Shown piece after piece: positions 54,344 through 63,754 of a DNA stretch of 64,000 nt. The translations under genes were made by a program, and so were the position numbers. The DNA is taken from NCBI GenBank assembly GCA_963807625.1, contig CAWECN010000016.1, positions 69,824-133,823 of the forward strand, in the 5' to 3' direction. Source of the DNA: an uncultured Gammaproteobacteria bacterium. GTDB lineage: Bacteria; Pseudomonadota; Gammaproteobacteria; SZUA-229. Below the pieces are notes generated by a model that saw only the letters and a list, made by a program, of their open reading frames with translations, made no database searches and was not told where the DNA came from. Each line of letters opens with the position of its first letter. Within the stretch, counting starts at the first letter, position 1.

Positions 54344-54770
54344 AGAGAAAACAGCAAAGTCGCTCGGTTATGCCGGCCTGATACCATTTATCGTATTCAG
54401 TATCGGTAGCTGGTTCCAGCTGCCGTTCATATCTGACAGTACTTATATTTTGACTGCATATGCAGCGATCATCCTGTCATTCATGGGGGCCATACACTGG
54501 GGCATCGCCATGTCGAGTACTGAAGATCAGAATGGCAAGTACTTCGTTGCCAGTGTCATACCGGGGTTGAGTGCATGGTTAGCCCTGTTGTTGCCACAGA
54601 GATATGCGATCACACTATTGATGATCGGGTTTATCGCACTCATCATATATGACTGGTCTGTAGAGAAACCACAGAGACTACCCGGCTGGTACATCCCTAT
54701 GCGGAACAGACTGACACTCGTCGTCATAATGTGTTTGACCATCACTCAGTTATCATTCGCGATGCCTTAA
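54333..54770 (+). CDS. DUF3429 membrane protein
   Basis: LGYAGLIPF, YAAIILSFMGAIHWG, WY..MR..LT; probable TTG start. Confidence 0.82.
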   Translation: MSGKEKTAKSLGYAGLIPFIVFSIGSWFQLPFISDSTYILTAYAAIILSFMGAIHWGIAMSSTEDQNGKYFVASVIPGLSAWLALLLPQRYAITLLMIGFIALIIYDWSVEKPQRLPGWYIPMRNRLTLVVIMCLTITQLSFAMP

Positions 54771-54792
54771 ATCTTGCCTGGACGGACTGCTT

Positions 54793-55437
54793 ATGCGATT
54801 GAAAACAGAACAGATCGAAGCACTGGATAAGCGATATCGGGCGCTTTTCATAAACGCACTGAGTGGCTTCAAAAGTGCGAACCTCATCGCCACATGTGAC
54901 GATAGAAAAAATACCAACCTGGCAATATTTACTTCAGTATTTCATATCGGTTCGATGCCGCCACTGCTTGGTATGATATCCAGGCCTCATAGCGTGCCCC
55001 GGCACACACTGGAAAATATATTGCAGACAGAACACTACACCATCAACCATATCAACGAGTCTATCATCCAGCAGTCGCACCAGACATCCGCTCGCTACGA
55101 TGAAGAGATATCAGAGTTTCATGGCACAGGCCTGAGCGAACAATGGGACCACGACTTCACTGCACCTTTTGTAGAACAGAGTCGCATTCAACTGGGCATG
55201 AAATTACGGGAACATCATCTTCTGGCGATTAATAACACCGTTATGATTATCGGAGAGATAACCCATATCAATATAAAAGATGACGTCGTTCATCAGGACG
55301 GTTATATCGATATTGAACGAGCTGGCAGTATCGCGATAAGCAGCCTGGACAGTTATCACCGCACCGATCTGCTATCACATCTCAGTTATGCCAAACCCGG
55401 AAAAATGCCTGCACAGATAACAGATCGTAAAAAATAA
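54793..55437 (+). CDS. Flavin reductase-like protein
   Basis: FINALSGFKSANLI, NLAIF, RHTLENI, LDSYH, LSYAKP. Confidence 0.85.
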   Translation: MRLKTEQIEALDKRYRALFINALSGFKSANLIATCDDRKNTNLAIFTSVFHIGSMPPLLGMISRPHSVPRHTLENILQTEHYTINHINESIIQQSHQTSARYDEEISEFHGTGLSEQWDHDFTAPFVEQSRIQLGMKLREHHLLAINNTVMIIGEITHINIKDDVVHQDGYIDIERAGSIAISSLDSYHRTDLLSHLSYAKPGKMPAQITDRKK

Positions 55438-55446
55438 TACTCAGGA

Positions 55447-56490
55447 TCACGGGCTAGGGTTAGCGTGATTATTATGGATATCTTCGATCGAAGATAATAC
55501 CTCATCCGATAAAGTCAGGTCGATGCTGTCGACATTACTGCGTAACTGTTCCATGGTCGTTGCACCGATAATGGTACTGGTAAGAAATGGTCGGCTATTG
55601 ACGTAGGCCAGTGCCATCTGTGCCGGATCCAGGTCATGATCTCTCGCCAGTGACACGTACGCCCCAGTCGCTGCTACTGCCGCAGGATTACTGTAACGGG
55701 TATAGTCAGGCCATAGCGTTATACGTGCGCCTTCTGGATTACTGCCATCGAGATATTTGCCTGATAACACACCAAAACCCAGTGGTGAATAGGACAGCAG
55801 TCCGACGTTCTCACGCCATGAGGCTTCAGCCAACCCGACTTCATAGAGTCGGTTTAACAGGCTGTAAGGGTTCTGCACACTGACGATACGCGGCAAACCG
55901 GCCAGCTCGGCGAAATGCAGAAACTGCATCACACCCCAGGGGGTTTCGTTGGACAGACCGATATGGCGTATCTTGCCGGCTTTTACCTGTTCAGCCAGTG
56001 CTTCCAGGGTTTCCAGTATCGGCGTTACCTGTTCGTCTGCAGCTGCTTCAAAGCCAAGCTTGCCGAAAAAGTTGGCTTCACGCTGTGGCCAGTGCAGTTG
56101 ATACAGGTCCAGGTAATCTGTCTGTAAGCGTTTGAGGCTGGCATCCAGTGCCTGTGGGATATCTTTTTTATCAAAACGGGTCTTACCACCACGGATGTGC
56201 GGTATCCATTCTTCACCCGGTCCGGCGATCTTGCTTGCCAGCACGATCTTGTCACGCGAACCTCGTGCCTGTAACCATTCACCGATGATCTCTTCAGTAC
56301 GGCCATACGTCTCTGCTTTGGGCGGTATCGCGTAGAGCTCTGCAGTATCGAAGAAATTTACACCTTCGGCAAGTGCATAATCCATCTGTTCGAACGCCTG
56401 CTCTTTCGTATTCTGTTGCCCCCAGGTCATGGTACCCAGGCAGATGACACTTACATCGATGTCAGTATTTCCAAGTTTGCGGTATAGCAT
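55447..56490 (-). CDS. tas: NADP(H)-dependent aldo-keto reductase Tas
   Basis: LGTMTWG, DTAELY, DLYQLHWP, GLSNETPWG, QNPYSLLNR, NPSP. Confidence 0.92.
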   Translation of the reverse strand: MLYRKLGNTDIDVSVICLGTMTWGQQNTKEQAFEQMDYALAEGVNFFDTAELYAIPPKAETYGRTEEIIGEWLQARGSRDKIVLASKIAGPGEEWIPHIRGGKTRFDKKDIPQALDASLKRLQTDYLDLYQLHWPQREANFFGKLGFEAAADEQVTPILETLEALAEQVKAGKIRHIGLSNETPWGVMQFLHFAELAGLPRIVSVQNPYSLLNRLYEVGLAEASWRENVGLLSYSPLGFGVLSGKYLDGSNPEGARITLWPDYTRYSNPAAVAATGAYVSLARDHDLDPAQMALAYVNSRPFLTSTIIGATTMEQLRSNVDSIDLTLSDEVLSSIEDIHNNHANPSP

Positions 56491-56582
56491 GTTGTTTACC
56501 CTGTTTAGATCAGCGGTTTAACCAGGGAATAAATTATGCCATAGAATATGGCTTTTTAAGATTTGATGAATAAGAATATTAG

Positions 56583-57197
56583 CTAGTTAAAATCCGTCTT
56601 TCTTACATACATAGGATTTGCTTCATGCCACTTTTCAAGTACATTTTTAATAGTTGAACCACTGACATAGACTTCATCACTGTTTAAAGCTGCAACAGCC
56701 TGCACGAATCGGTAGAACTTGCCCGTATAACCATTGATAACTGAATAATGACATGTCGGTTTAGTCTTTATCTCTGCTTTCCACAGGTCTGCTAATTCCC
56801 AGACGAACCACCAGACAGGTATGTTTTTAGCGATGATGACTGCCGAAGGGATATTGATAAGGGTGTTTTCGGTTAGGTGCTCAAGCAAAGTTAGATTATT
56901 AGCTACTTCGTATATCAGATCATCGATGCCGTTGTCGTAATTATCCATCAGGCATGACAGCTCGGGTGCACTTAACTTGGAGACGACGCCCTGCATGTCC
57001 TTACTGCATTGATTTAATTCTTTAATCAAGATGGCGGGATCACGAATTGTCCGCTTAGCATAGCTGAATATCTTCAACTGCCAATAAGCATTATTAATAC
57101 CATAACGTAACTCGATCTTATCTATGAAATTAAACTTGACTGCGATGTCAGCAATTTCAGTATCCGTCGGTAAGTAGCTTATAATCTTGTTTTCCAT
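56583..57197 (-). CDS. Orphan hypothetical protein
   Basis: 204-aa AT-rich ORF just 3' of the tRNA-like element. Confidence 0.6.
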   Translation of the reverse strand: MENKIISYLPTDTEIADIAVKFNFIDKIELRYGINNAYWQLKIFSYAKRTIRDPAILIKELNQCSKDMQGVVSKLSAPELSCLMDNYDNGIDDLIYEVANNLTLLEHLTENTLINIPSAVIIAKNIPVWWFVWELADLWKAEIKTKPTCHYSVINGYTGKFYRFVQAVAALNSDEVYVSGSTIKNVLEKWHEANPMYVRKTDFN

Positions 57198-57254
57198 ACT
57201 TAAATATAGTAGCAGTATTTTTTTATTTGCTAAAAAAATCAGACGAATGGAAAC

Positions 57255-57287
57255 ATATATATAACATTAACTAAATGTTATATATAT
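57255..57287. repeat. Perfect 14-bp AT-rich inverted repeat
   Basis: atatatataacatt-aacta-aatgttatatatat. Confidence 0.8.
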
Positions 57288-57315
57288 TTGATATAAAAAG
57301 TATTATTAGAAATAA

Positions 57316-57392
57316 TGGCGGACCGGATGGGATTCAAACGCATGATCTCCGGCTTGACAGGCCGGCATTATAACCAGCTGAAAGACCGGTCC
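57316..57392 (-). tRNA. Degenerate tRNA-Asp(GTC), probable pseudo-tRNA
   Basis: GGACCGG/CCGGTCC acceptor + GCCA; CCGGC/GCCGG anticodon stem with GTC; D-stem and T-arm mutated (TTTGAAT loop). Confidence 0.8.
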
Positions 57393-57514
57393 GTAGGATG
57401 ATATTTACGCTTTGAAGTGGCGATGCTCAACATAATGGGCTTAGTACCAAAGAGAAAGCGGCGCAATTCAATATCATTAAAAACCAATAATATTGTTACC
57501 TGAGTAATTAAATT

Positions 57515-57922
57515 TTATTTACTGCTCAACACGGTCACCACGATATGGCGCTCATTTCGGGGGCCGTCATATTCACAGAAGAAGATATTCTGCCAGGTAG
57601 AAAGCCCCGGCTCGCCGTCGATGATCGGGATCGACTCCGACGGGCCGACCAGTCCGGATTTCAGGTGAGCATCACCATTACCATCCTGCTTGTCATGCTG
57701 CCATACGCCGTTGGGGATCATCTTCTGTAACAGGTTGATCACGTCGGTCTGCACACTGTCATCCCAGTTTTCCTGGATCATGATCGCCGCAGTCGCCCCC
57801 TGGGCATAGACGTTGACCAGGCCATTACGAACACCGCTCTCATGGATGACAGCTTTGACCTGCCTGGTGATGTCGATCAGTACTTCACGCTGATGTGTCT
57901 GGATAGTGATGGTCTTATGCAT
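57515..57922 (-). CDS. yjbQ: YjbQ/UPF0047 family protein
   Basis: ATAAIMIQEN.D, GNGDAHLKS, TWQNIFFCEYDGPR. Confidence 0.88.
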   Translation of the reverse strand: MHKTITIQTHQREVLIDITRQVKAVIHESGVRNGLVNVYAQGATAAIMIQENWDDSVQTDVINLLQKMIPNGVWQHDKQDGNGDAHLKSGLVGPSESIPIIDGEPGLSTWQNIFFCEYDGPRNERHIVVTVLSSK

Positions 57923-58006
57923 AGCAATCAGGTCAATATAATTTTTCACGGCTGGTCAATAATGATAACGTTATTGATCGATAGCTGTCACCCGGTGTTT
58001 ATGATT

Positions 58007-58484
58007 ATGAGATATTCATCCTTAAGATTTCTGATCTTCACACTCTCGTTACTGAGCGGTACTGTAACCTGGTCTTCTGAGATCGACAGCATCATCGCGC
58101 GCGAGCAGACACCTGCGGGAGTCGTGTTTGAGATTGTCAGTGAAGAGGATGGTTTGCTCGGTGAGTTATTACCGTCTGTTAAGGCCGATATTAAAAAGTT
58201 ACGTCAACGTTTCCCCGATCTGCAGATCGCGATAGTGAGCCATGGCAATGAACTGTTTGCCCTGACGAAAAAAAAATCGCAGTACCGAGCCTAGGGCACA
58301 TGACCTGGTCAAAGAGCTGGTCAAGAAAGATGATGTCGATGTGCATGTCTGTGGTACGCATGCCGGCTGGTATGGCGTTTCAGCAGAAGCGTTTCCAGAT
58401 TATGTCGATGTAACAGCAGCAGCACCGGCGCAGATCGATGACTATGAGGCCATCGGCTACGAAGTGATCATATTAACCGAATGA
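58007..58484 (+). pseudogene. Secreted DsrE-family protein frameshifted in an A9 tract (58268-58276)
   Basis: VVFEI..IAIVSHGNE in one frame; VHVCGTHAGW..PDYVDV..APAQI..YE..GYEVI in the next; A8 restores the frame. Confidence 0.78.
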
Positions 58485-58487
58485 CGG

Positions 58488-58925
58488 TTATTTCAACTCG
58501 GCTTTTGCACGTTTCCCCGTGCTCTTGTGATTTGGCGTTGGCGCATTCTTCATCACGAAACGATGATCCTCGATGAGAGTGAGCAGATCAAAAGAACTTA
58601 TAATACCAACTACTTTCTGCTCATTAGTGACTATCAGGTGATGAATCTTATGATTACGCATCATACGGGCCGCAACAGAAACATCTTCATATTCTGGAAT
58701 GGTATAGACGTTATCAGCCATTATATTAGAGATCGGCGTACCCTCTTTCCTGGCTGCTATAAGATCAGAAGCGGAGACGACACCGACAGCTGCATGGTTA
58801 GTTGATACCACAGGGATACTGTTCACATTGCGTTTGGCCATCTTCTCCTTGATATGACCGACAGTGTGGTGAGGTTGAGCAGTGGTGACATCTTTGGTCA
58901 TCAGGTCTTTTATTTTTACAGCCAT
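58488..58925 (-). CDS. CBS-domain pair protein
   Basis: IKDLMTKDV, SIPVV..VGVVS, IHHLIV..VVGIISSFD. Confidence 0.88.
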   Translation of the reverse strand: MAVKIKDLMTKDVTTAQPHHTVGHIKEKMAKRNVNSIPVVSTNHAAVGVVSASDLIAARKEGTPISNIMADNVYTIPEYEDVSVAARMMRNHKIHHLIVTNEQKVVGIISSFDLLTLIEDHRFVMKNAPTPNHKSTGKRAKAELK

Positions 58926-59034
58926 TATCCGGTTTCCGCTAATCAGTATTAAATATTCGTATTCTGGCAGGGTTTTTATCAAAAAACAGGCGTAAAGCAG
59001 TGAAAAACCAGTATTTTCGATGAAAATCGTCGAT

Positions 59035-59289
59035 TTACTCAAACAAGTCTGTCGATGCCTTGATGATCAACATGATACCGCCAACCATCAGTAATAAACT
59101 GATTATATGGTTAAACCGCTTCTGATCGACCCTGATATGAAGATGATGCCCGAGGTATATCCCAAGCAGCGGTATGGCGATCAATCCCGAACCTAAGCCA
59201 GAAAGGTCTTTGAGTGTGTATGCGATAAATCTGATGCTCACCGACAATATGATCTGTACCGGTGTAAGTTGCAGTAACTCGAAAAGCAT
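59035..59289 (-). pseudogene. Internally deleted TauE/SafE sulfite-exporter-family gene
   Basis: N-terminal SGLGSGLIAIPLL joined directly to C-terminal GIYLG..L...FN.II..LL..GG; only 84 aa. Confidence 0.65.
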
Positions 59290-59360
59290 TAGGTTAAAGA
59301 CGTTAGATATTCATCTAACCGTAGTTTATCTGAAAATCAATATAATGAATTCTCTGCTTC

Positions 59361-59406
59361 CGGCCAATAACGGACGGTCATGAATTTTCACTCTGACCCC
59401 TTTAAT
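59361..59406 (+). repeat. Direct repeat copy A plus TGACCCCTTT motif
   Basis: cggccaataacggacggtcat (19/21 to copy B) then ctctgacccctttaat. Confidence 0.7.
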
Positions 59407-59413
59407 GTTTTCG

Positions 59414-60052
59414 TTAGAAGACGCCGCGACAATTTTTTCCTAGATACACATTTATACTGTCTACTTCTGTTGCACCTTCAGGCATATCTGCGTCTTCAAG
59501 TCCAGGATAGGATTCCTGATCCTTCCAGTTCTGGATAGTTGTACTAAAAAACTGTGAAGCGGAAGCATCAGTTTCATAGACAATTAGCTCATATTTTTCT
59601 CCAAGATCACCACCAAACCGGGTAACTACCTGCCATTCTCCATCTCGTTTATAAGATGTATTGGTATGGTCTGATTGAGGATAGTATTTTTCATCTGAAG
59701 GCTTGAGTACTACCCAGATATCTTTCTTATGACCTTCTGGATATACGCCCATGGATAGAATTCTACAATCGACAGAGTCTGCTTCTACAGGTGAAATCAC
59801 TTTAACGGAATCAACAGGGCCTTCAATCTCCAGTTTGTTTCCCCTGGAAACCTGTTCCATCTGGCTACTGACATAGCCCACATCTGATGTATAGCTACCA
59901 AATATGATCATTACTACGCCAAGAACACCCAATGGAATACCCACTTTTGGATGAACGAGTTTTGCGCTAGAGCCCTTTTCGCCAAGACTGTTGAAAACTG
60001 CCAAGCCTGTGAGGACAATGCCCACTAATATGATTAATAGTTGTGCCGACAT
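59414..60052 (-). CDS. Hypothetical membrane-anchored protein
   Basis: 2 N-terminal TMs and a soluble domain; cotranscribed with the transporter. Confidence 0.75.
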   Translation of the reverse strand: MSAQLLIILVGIVLTGLAVFNSLGEKGSSAKLVHPKVGIPLGVLGVVMIIFGSYTSDVGYVSSQMEQVSRGNKLEIEGPVDSVKVISPVEADSVDCRILSMGVYPEGHKKDIWVVLKPSDEKYYPQSDHTNTSYKRDGEWQVVTRFGGDLGEKYELIVYETDASASQFFSTTIQNWKDQESYPGLEDADMPEGATEVDSINVYLGKNCRGVF

Positions 60053-60079
60053 TTTTTTATCTTTTTACCTGTGATTAAA

Positions 60080-61510
60080 TTACAAAGTGCCTCGTCTTGC
60101 TTCCAGCTCTGCTTTTATTTCTCGAGCTTTTTCTTCAGTCAAGTCGTAGTTCCACATGAACAGAATCGCTAAAGCTGCTGTAACAGATGGAATCACGATA
60201 TCTGCTATTCGCAGTTGTGTTATGGTTTCTGCTGATTGAGTGGCGGCATTGCCATCAAATCCTACCCAGCTAAGCACTGCACCTCCAATAATCAGTGCCA
60301 GAGCCTGACCCAGTTTTACGGTCCACCAATAAATAGCTCCGAACGTACCTTCTTTACGTGGCATGCCATTTTCTAACTCGTCCAGATCACAGATATCGGC
60401 CGTCATACTCATCATCAAGGTAAACAAACAACCCAATCCAAAAGCCATTAATGGAAGTGGCAGAAACATAAGGAACGGATTGTCCGGATTGAAGCCCCAC
60501 CATTTCAGAACATACCCGACTATTGAAATCAGGGTGGAGATGATAAATGCATTCTTCTTTCCCCATTTGCCTGCCATCCATGCTACCAGTGGAATCACAA
60601 AGAAAGCTGTAATAATAGCAAGAGTGGTGGAAAACCAGGCTGGCCACGTGCCGGCAGCTGCATAATCGCCATTAAACAAATAGAATAAAATAATGAAAAA
60701 ACTAAAAGATGCGACAATCTGAAACCCATTGAAAACCAGGAACGTAGCACCGCACAACCTCAAGAATGGTTTATGCCTGAAGACTTGAAACATGCCTTTG
60801 AATAAACTTAGAAAAATAGCTGTCATGTTCTTTAACGAAATCTCCTGGCGATTTTCGATTTTACTGGAATCAATACCTCTACAAAAAATGGCCGGTAAGA
60901 CTCCAAAGACAATCGCTATGACCCCCACAATGACGGCGAGTTTTCTAACCCCTTCGGCCTGGGTTGCAAACAAGTTTTCATCTGCGATTAAAACCCAGAA
61001 CCAGGGTACAACCATCCAGGCGAACTGACCTACAATATTGGCCATTCCCATGAGCCTCGTTCGCTCATTATAGTCTGAGGTCATCTCATACCCGAGTCCA
61101 ATAAGCGGTGTGGAGAATGTAGTGTTGGCAAGAATGAACACGCAGGATATGGTAAGGAAATACCAGAAGTTATAATCCTGTGAATTATTCTCATCCATCT
61201 GCCACAGTAAAATAAACAGCAGACCTGTAAGGATGGCACCAATAAAAATATATGGCCTTCGTCTTCCCCAGCGAGTATTAGTATTGTCTGAAATATATCC
61301 CATAACCGGGTCAGACAGGGCATCGACCAATCTTGGTAAACCACCGAGTAGTCCAGCCAAAAAGGGATCCATACCAAAGGCTGTAAGGAGGAAAAACATA
61401 AAAACACCCAAAGCCCCCGGCATTAAATTATTCACGAGGTGACCTGAGCCAAAAGCCGCTTTTTGTATGAGAGGTATTCTGTCCTTTGCCGCTGTTTGGT
61501 GATCTGACAT
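60080..61510 (-). CDS. GPH-family (MelB-like) MFS sugar:cation symporter
   Basis: DALSDPVMGYISDNTNTRWGRRRPY, EMTSDYNERT, ADICDLDE..RKEG; about 12 TM. Confidence 0.9.
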   Translation of the reverse strand: MSDHQTAAKDRIPLIQKAAFGSGHLVNNLMPGALGVFMFFLLTAFGMDPFLAGLLGGLPRLVDALSDPVMGYISDNTNTRWGRRRPYIFIGAILTGLLFILLWQMDENNSQDYNFWYFLTISCVFILANTTFSTPLIGLGYEMTSDYNERTRLMGMANIVGQFAWMVVPWFWVLIADENLFATQAEGVRKLAVIVGVIAIVFGVLPAIFCRGIDSSKIENRQEISLKNMTAIFLSLFKGMFQVFRHKPFLRLCGATFLVFNGFQIVASFSFFIILFYLFNGDYAAAGTWPAWFSTTLAIITAFFVIPLVAWMAGKWGKKNAFIISTLISIVGYVLKWWGFNPDNPFLMFLPLPLMAFGLGCLFTLMMSMTADICDLDELENGMPRKEGTFGAIYWWTVKLGQALALIIGGAVLSWVGFDGNAATQSAETITQLRIADIVIPSVTAALAILFMWNYDLTEEKAREIKAELEARRGTL

Positions 61511-61695
61511 AGTTAGATGCTTATAATTAATGTTTGGTTATATGCTTATAAATAATATTTCAATAGCTTTAGAATCAATAATACATTTTATTTGCTATAT
61601 AGCAACGCTGGCCTTAAGTATTCTCTTTCCTTTTCAATATAAATCTGGTGTGGTGGCTGCCTTTTAGCAGAGGGTAATATTAGAATTCACTAACA

Positions 61696-61719
61696 GTCTG
61701 CTTCGGGTCGACAAGAGAC
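61696..61719 (+). repeat. Short imperfect palindrome related to the direct repeats
   Basis: gtctgctt-cgggtcgac-aagagac; shares ctgcttc with the sequence just before copy A. Confidence 0.45.
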
Positions 61720-61749
61720 ACCCAGGCTTTGAAAACGATTGAAATCACC

Positions 61750-61820
61750 TGACAGGCGGCTGTCGGCCAAAAACGGACTGTCATTGATGATGGTTAAATT
61801 TAATCCTTTTGTCCCCTTTT
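61750..61820 (+). repeat. Direct repeat copy B plus TGTCCCCTTT motif
   Basis: tgacag..cggccaaaaacggactgtcat (61764-61784) then ttgtcccctttt. Confidence 0.7.
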
Positions 61821-61917
61821 ATCTGCCCACCGTCCACTTAAATTTTGTAAAAACGTGGTCTATCCCCTATTGCCATGTATACTTTTGAAAAAATTAATTT
61901 CTTCATCAGGTAACAAC

Positions 61918-62415
61918 ATGGAAAGCTCTAAAAACCCCAATTACAACCACACTGCAGCACATAGACTATTTAAATCTATTGTTTTGCTATCTCTCATGAC
62001 ACTCAACGTAAACTTTATAGTGGGTTGTACAGATAACCAACCAACCATTAATACACCTGAAGGAATGATAAAACTAACGGACATCACAATTGACAACACA
62101 ATAAAATATTCTGATGGTTACTTACTCGTTCATTTCTCATCTTATGACCCAAATTGCGGATACTGCGAAAATTCAAATCCATACATAGACGAGGTCATGC
62201 AGAACCATAAGAATAGCCTCAATGTTGCACGCATAACATGGGAACCTTGGAACAGCTATTCAACAAAGTCAAAATCAATAACAGATCACTACTGGATCAG
62301 AGGCATTCCCATGTTTATACTATATAACAACGGTCAGGAAATCTGGCGCGGCACTGGTCATACAACGGAAAACACAAACAAAATTGAAGAGCTATTAAAA
62401 GAGTGCTGCGGTTAA
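61918..62415 (+). CDS. Thioredoxin-fold lipoprotein
   Basis: Lipobox-like IVGC; CGYC; IRGIP (cis-Pro) FILYNNGQEI. Confidence 0.75.
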   Translation: MESSKNPNYNHTAAHRLFKSIVLLSLMTLNVNFIVGCTDNQPTINTPEGMIKLTDITIDNTIKYSDGYLLVHFSSYDPNCGYCENSNPYIDEVMQNHKNSLNVARITWEPWNSYSTKSKSITDHYWIRGIPMFILYNNGQEIWRGTGHTTENTNKIEELLKECCG

Positions 62416-62417
62416 TT

Positions 62418-63542
62418 TCATGTTTTAATCAGCTCAGCGTTCATCCATTTATATAGTAAATCGAGACCTTCTTTTCCAAAGCCTATATCTTCAACTATCA
62501 GCTCACCAGATGGGCCGTAGATATGTATAAATGGTGTTTTACCAATTTTTAGTTTGTAAGTATTGTATGCGTAATCACCTGACCAATCATAGCCCAAATC
62601 AATCTTTCGAACAGCAACATCTCGTCTTGCGCCAACAAACTGATTTAAATCAGTATTAAGTCTTTTACAACCTGGACAACTGTTACTGTAAAAATAAAGT
62701 ATCGTGTAAGCACCCGGTACCACATAATCATGAGCGTCAAACCTAATCGACGCGCCTTGTATTTCCCTGACACCTCCGATTTCTGCCGAGAGACTTGATT
62801 GGACTTCAAGCAACTTATCTAATTCAGACTGATGATTTAAGGAAACATAAACTCCAGTACAAATAAATCCAAACACTATCGCATGCTGAATATAATTGAT
62901 GTTCATATCGCTGGATCGACGCCATCTGACAAAGTAGACCAGTGCGTATATAAAAACAGTCAACACCAGACCTAATAAAAGCAAATCACGCACATTCAGT
63001 TGTGTTTGCTCAGCAACAGGGTCGCTTACAAGTTCTTCTTTTTCAACAATATTGATAATTTCGCTAATCCCAGCATTTATACCTTCAAACCACTGAGAAC
63101 TGCGCCAATATGGTTCAACTTTTTCGTCAGATAAACTCCGTACCCTTGTATCAGGAAGTACGTGCTGAATCATTGGGCTGGTACCGATAAAATACGAAGC
63201 ATCTTGTGAATTTATTACCATTAGCACGGTGATATGCCTACGGTTATGATTCTCCTCCCAGGCATCCATCGCACGAAAGGTATAATTACTTAGCGGCTCT
63301 CCTGAAGTGGTTGGAACGATAAGAACGACCACCTCTGCGCCATTTTTGCGTTTTAACAACTCAATTTTTTTAATGAGCCCTAACTTCTGATGAATTGTCA
63401 AAACACCATGAAGATCATTAACCGGCTCCTGCATAGTAGGAATAGCGGCATCGTAAACTGCGCCTTGATCAGTAACAACATTTAGGTTAACGCCAATTAG
63501 TAATAATAATAAAAGTGACAAGACTATAATGCGCACCATCAT
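62418..63542 (-). CDS. TPM-domain + 2TM + thioredoxin-fold fusion protein
   Basis: VNDLHGVL..EVVVLIVPTT..GE TPM; C-terminal CPGC and TP cis-Pro; GAGG RBS. Confidence 0.72.
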   Translation of the reverse strand: MMVRIIVLSLLLLLLIGVNLNVVTDQGAVYDAAIPTMQEPVNDLHGVLTIHQKLGLIKKIELLKRKNGAEVVVLIVPTTSGEPLSNYTFRAMDAWEENHNRRHITVLMVINSQDASYFIGTSPMIQHVLPDTRVRSLSDEKVEPYWRSSQWFEGINAGISEIINIVEKEELVSDPVAEQTQLNVRDLLLLGLVLTVFIYALVYFVRWRRSSDMNINYIQHAIVFGFICTGVYVSLNHQSELDKLLEVQSSLSAEIGGVREIQGASIRFDAHDYVVPGAYTILYFYSNSCPGCKRLNTDLNQFVGARRDVAVRKIDLGYDWSGDYAYNTYKLKIGKTPFIHIYGPSGELIVEDIGFGKEGLDLLYKWMNAELIKT

Positions 63543-63754
63543 ATCGCCTCAATAAAATGATTGAGGACCTGATATATTCCTAAAGTTATTAAATCCATCT
63601 TTGATTTCTTTATTTTATTGAGTGATTGCAAGTATAAGTTGTTTCGAGTTGATAGGATTGTTAGGCAACGTCCCTTACCACTATACGATGACTTGAGGAC
63701 ACACCATACTTTCTGGTCTTTCATGGCCATCCTCTTCAAGATCATCTAGTACAT

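Noticed and set aside
57395-57480. Possible second tRNA remnant next to the pseudo-tRNA-Asp
   Set aside because: No cloverleaf or CCA could be built
63539-63745. 68-aa ORF in the track
   Set aside because: No RBS or recognisable motif; runs across the half-attC; probably spurious
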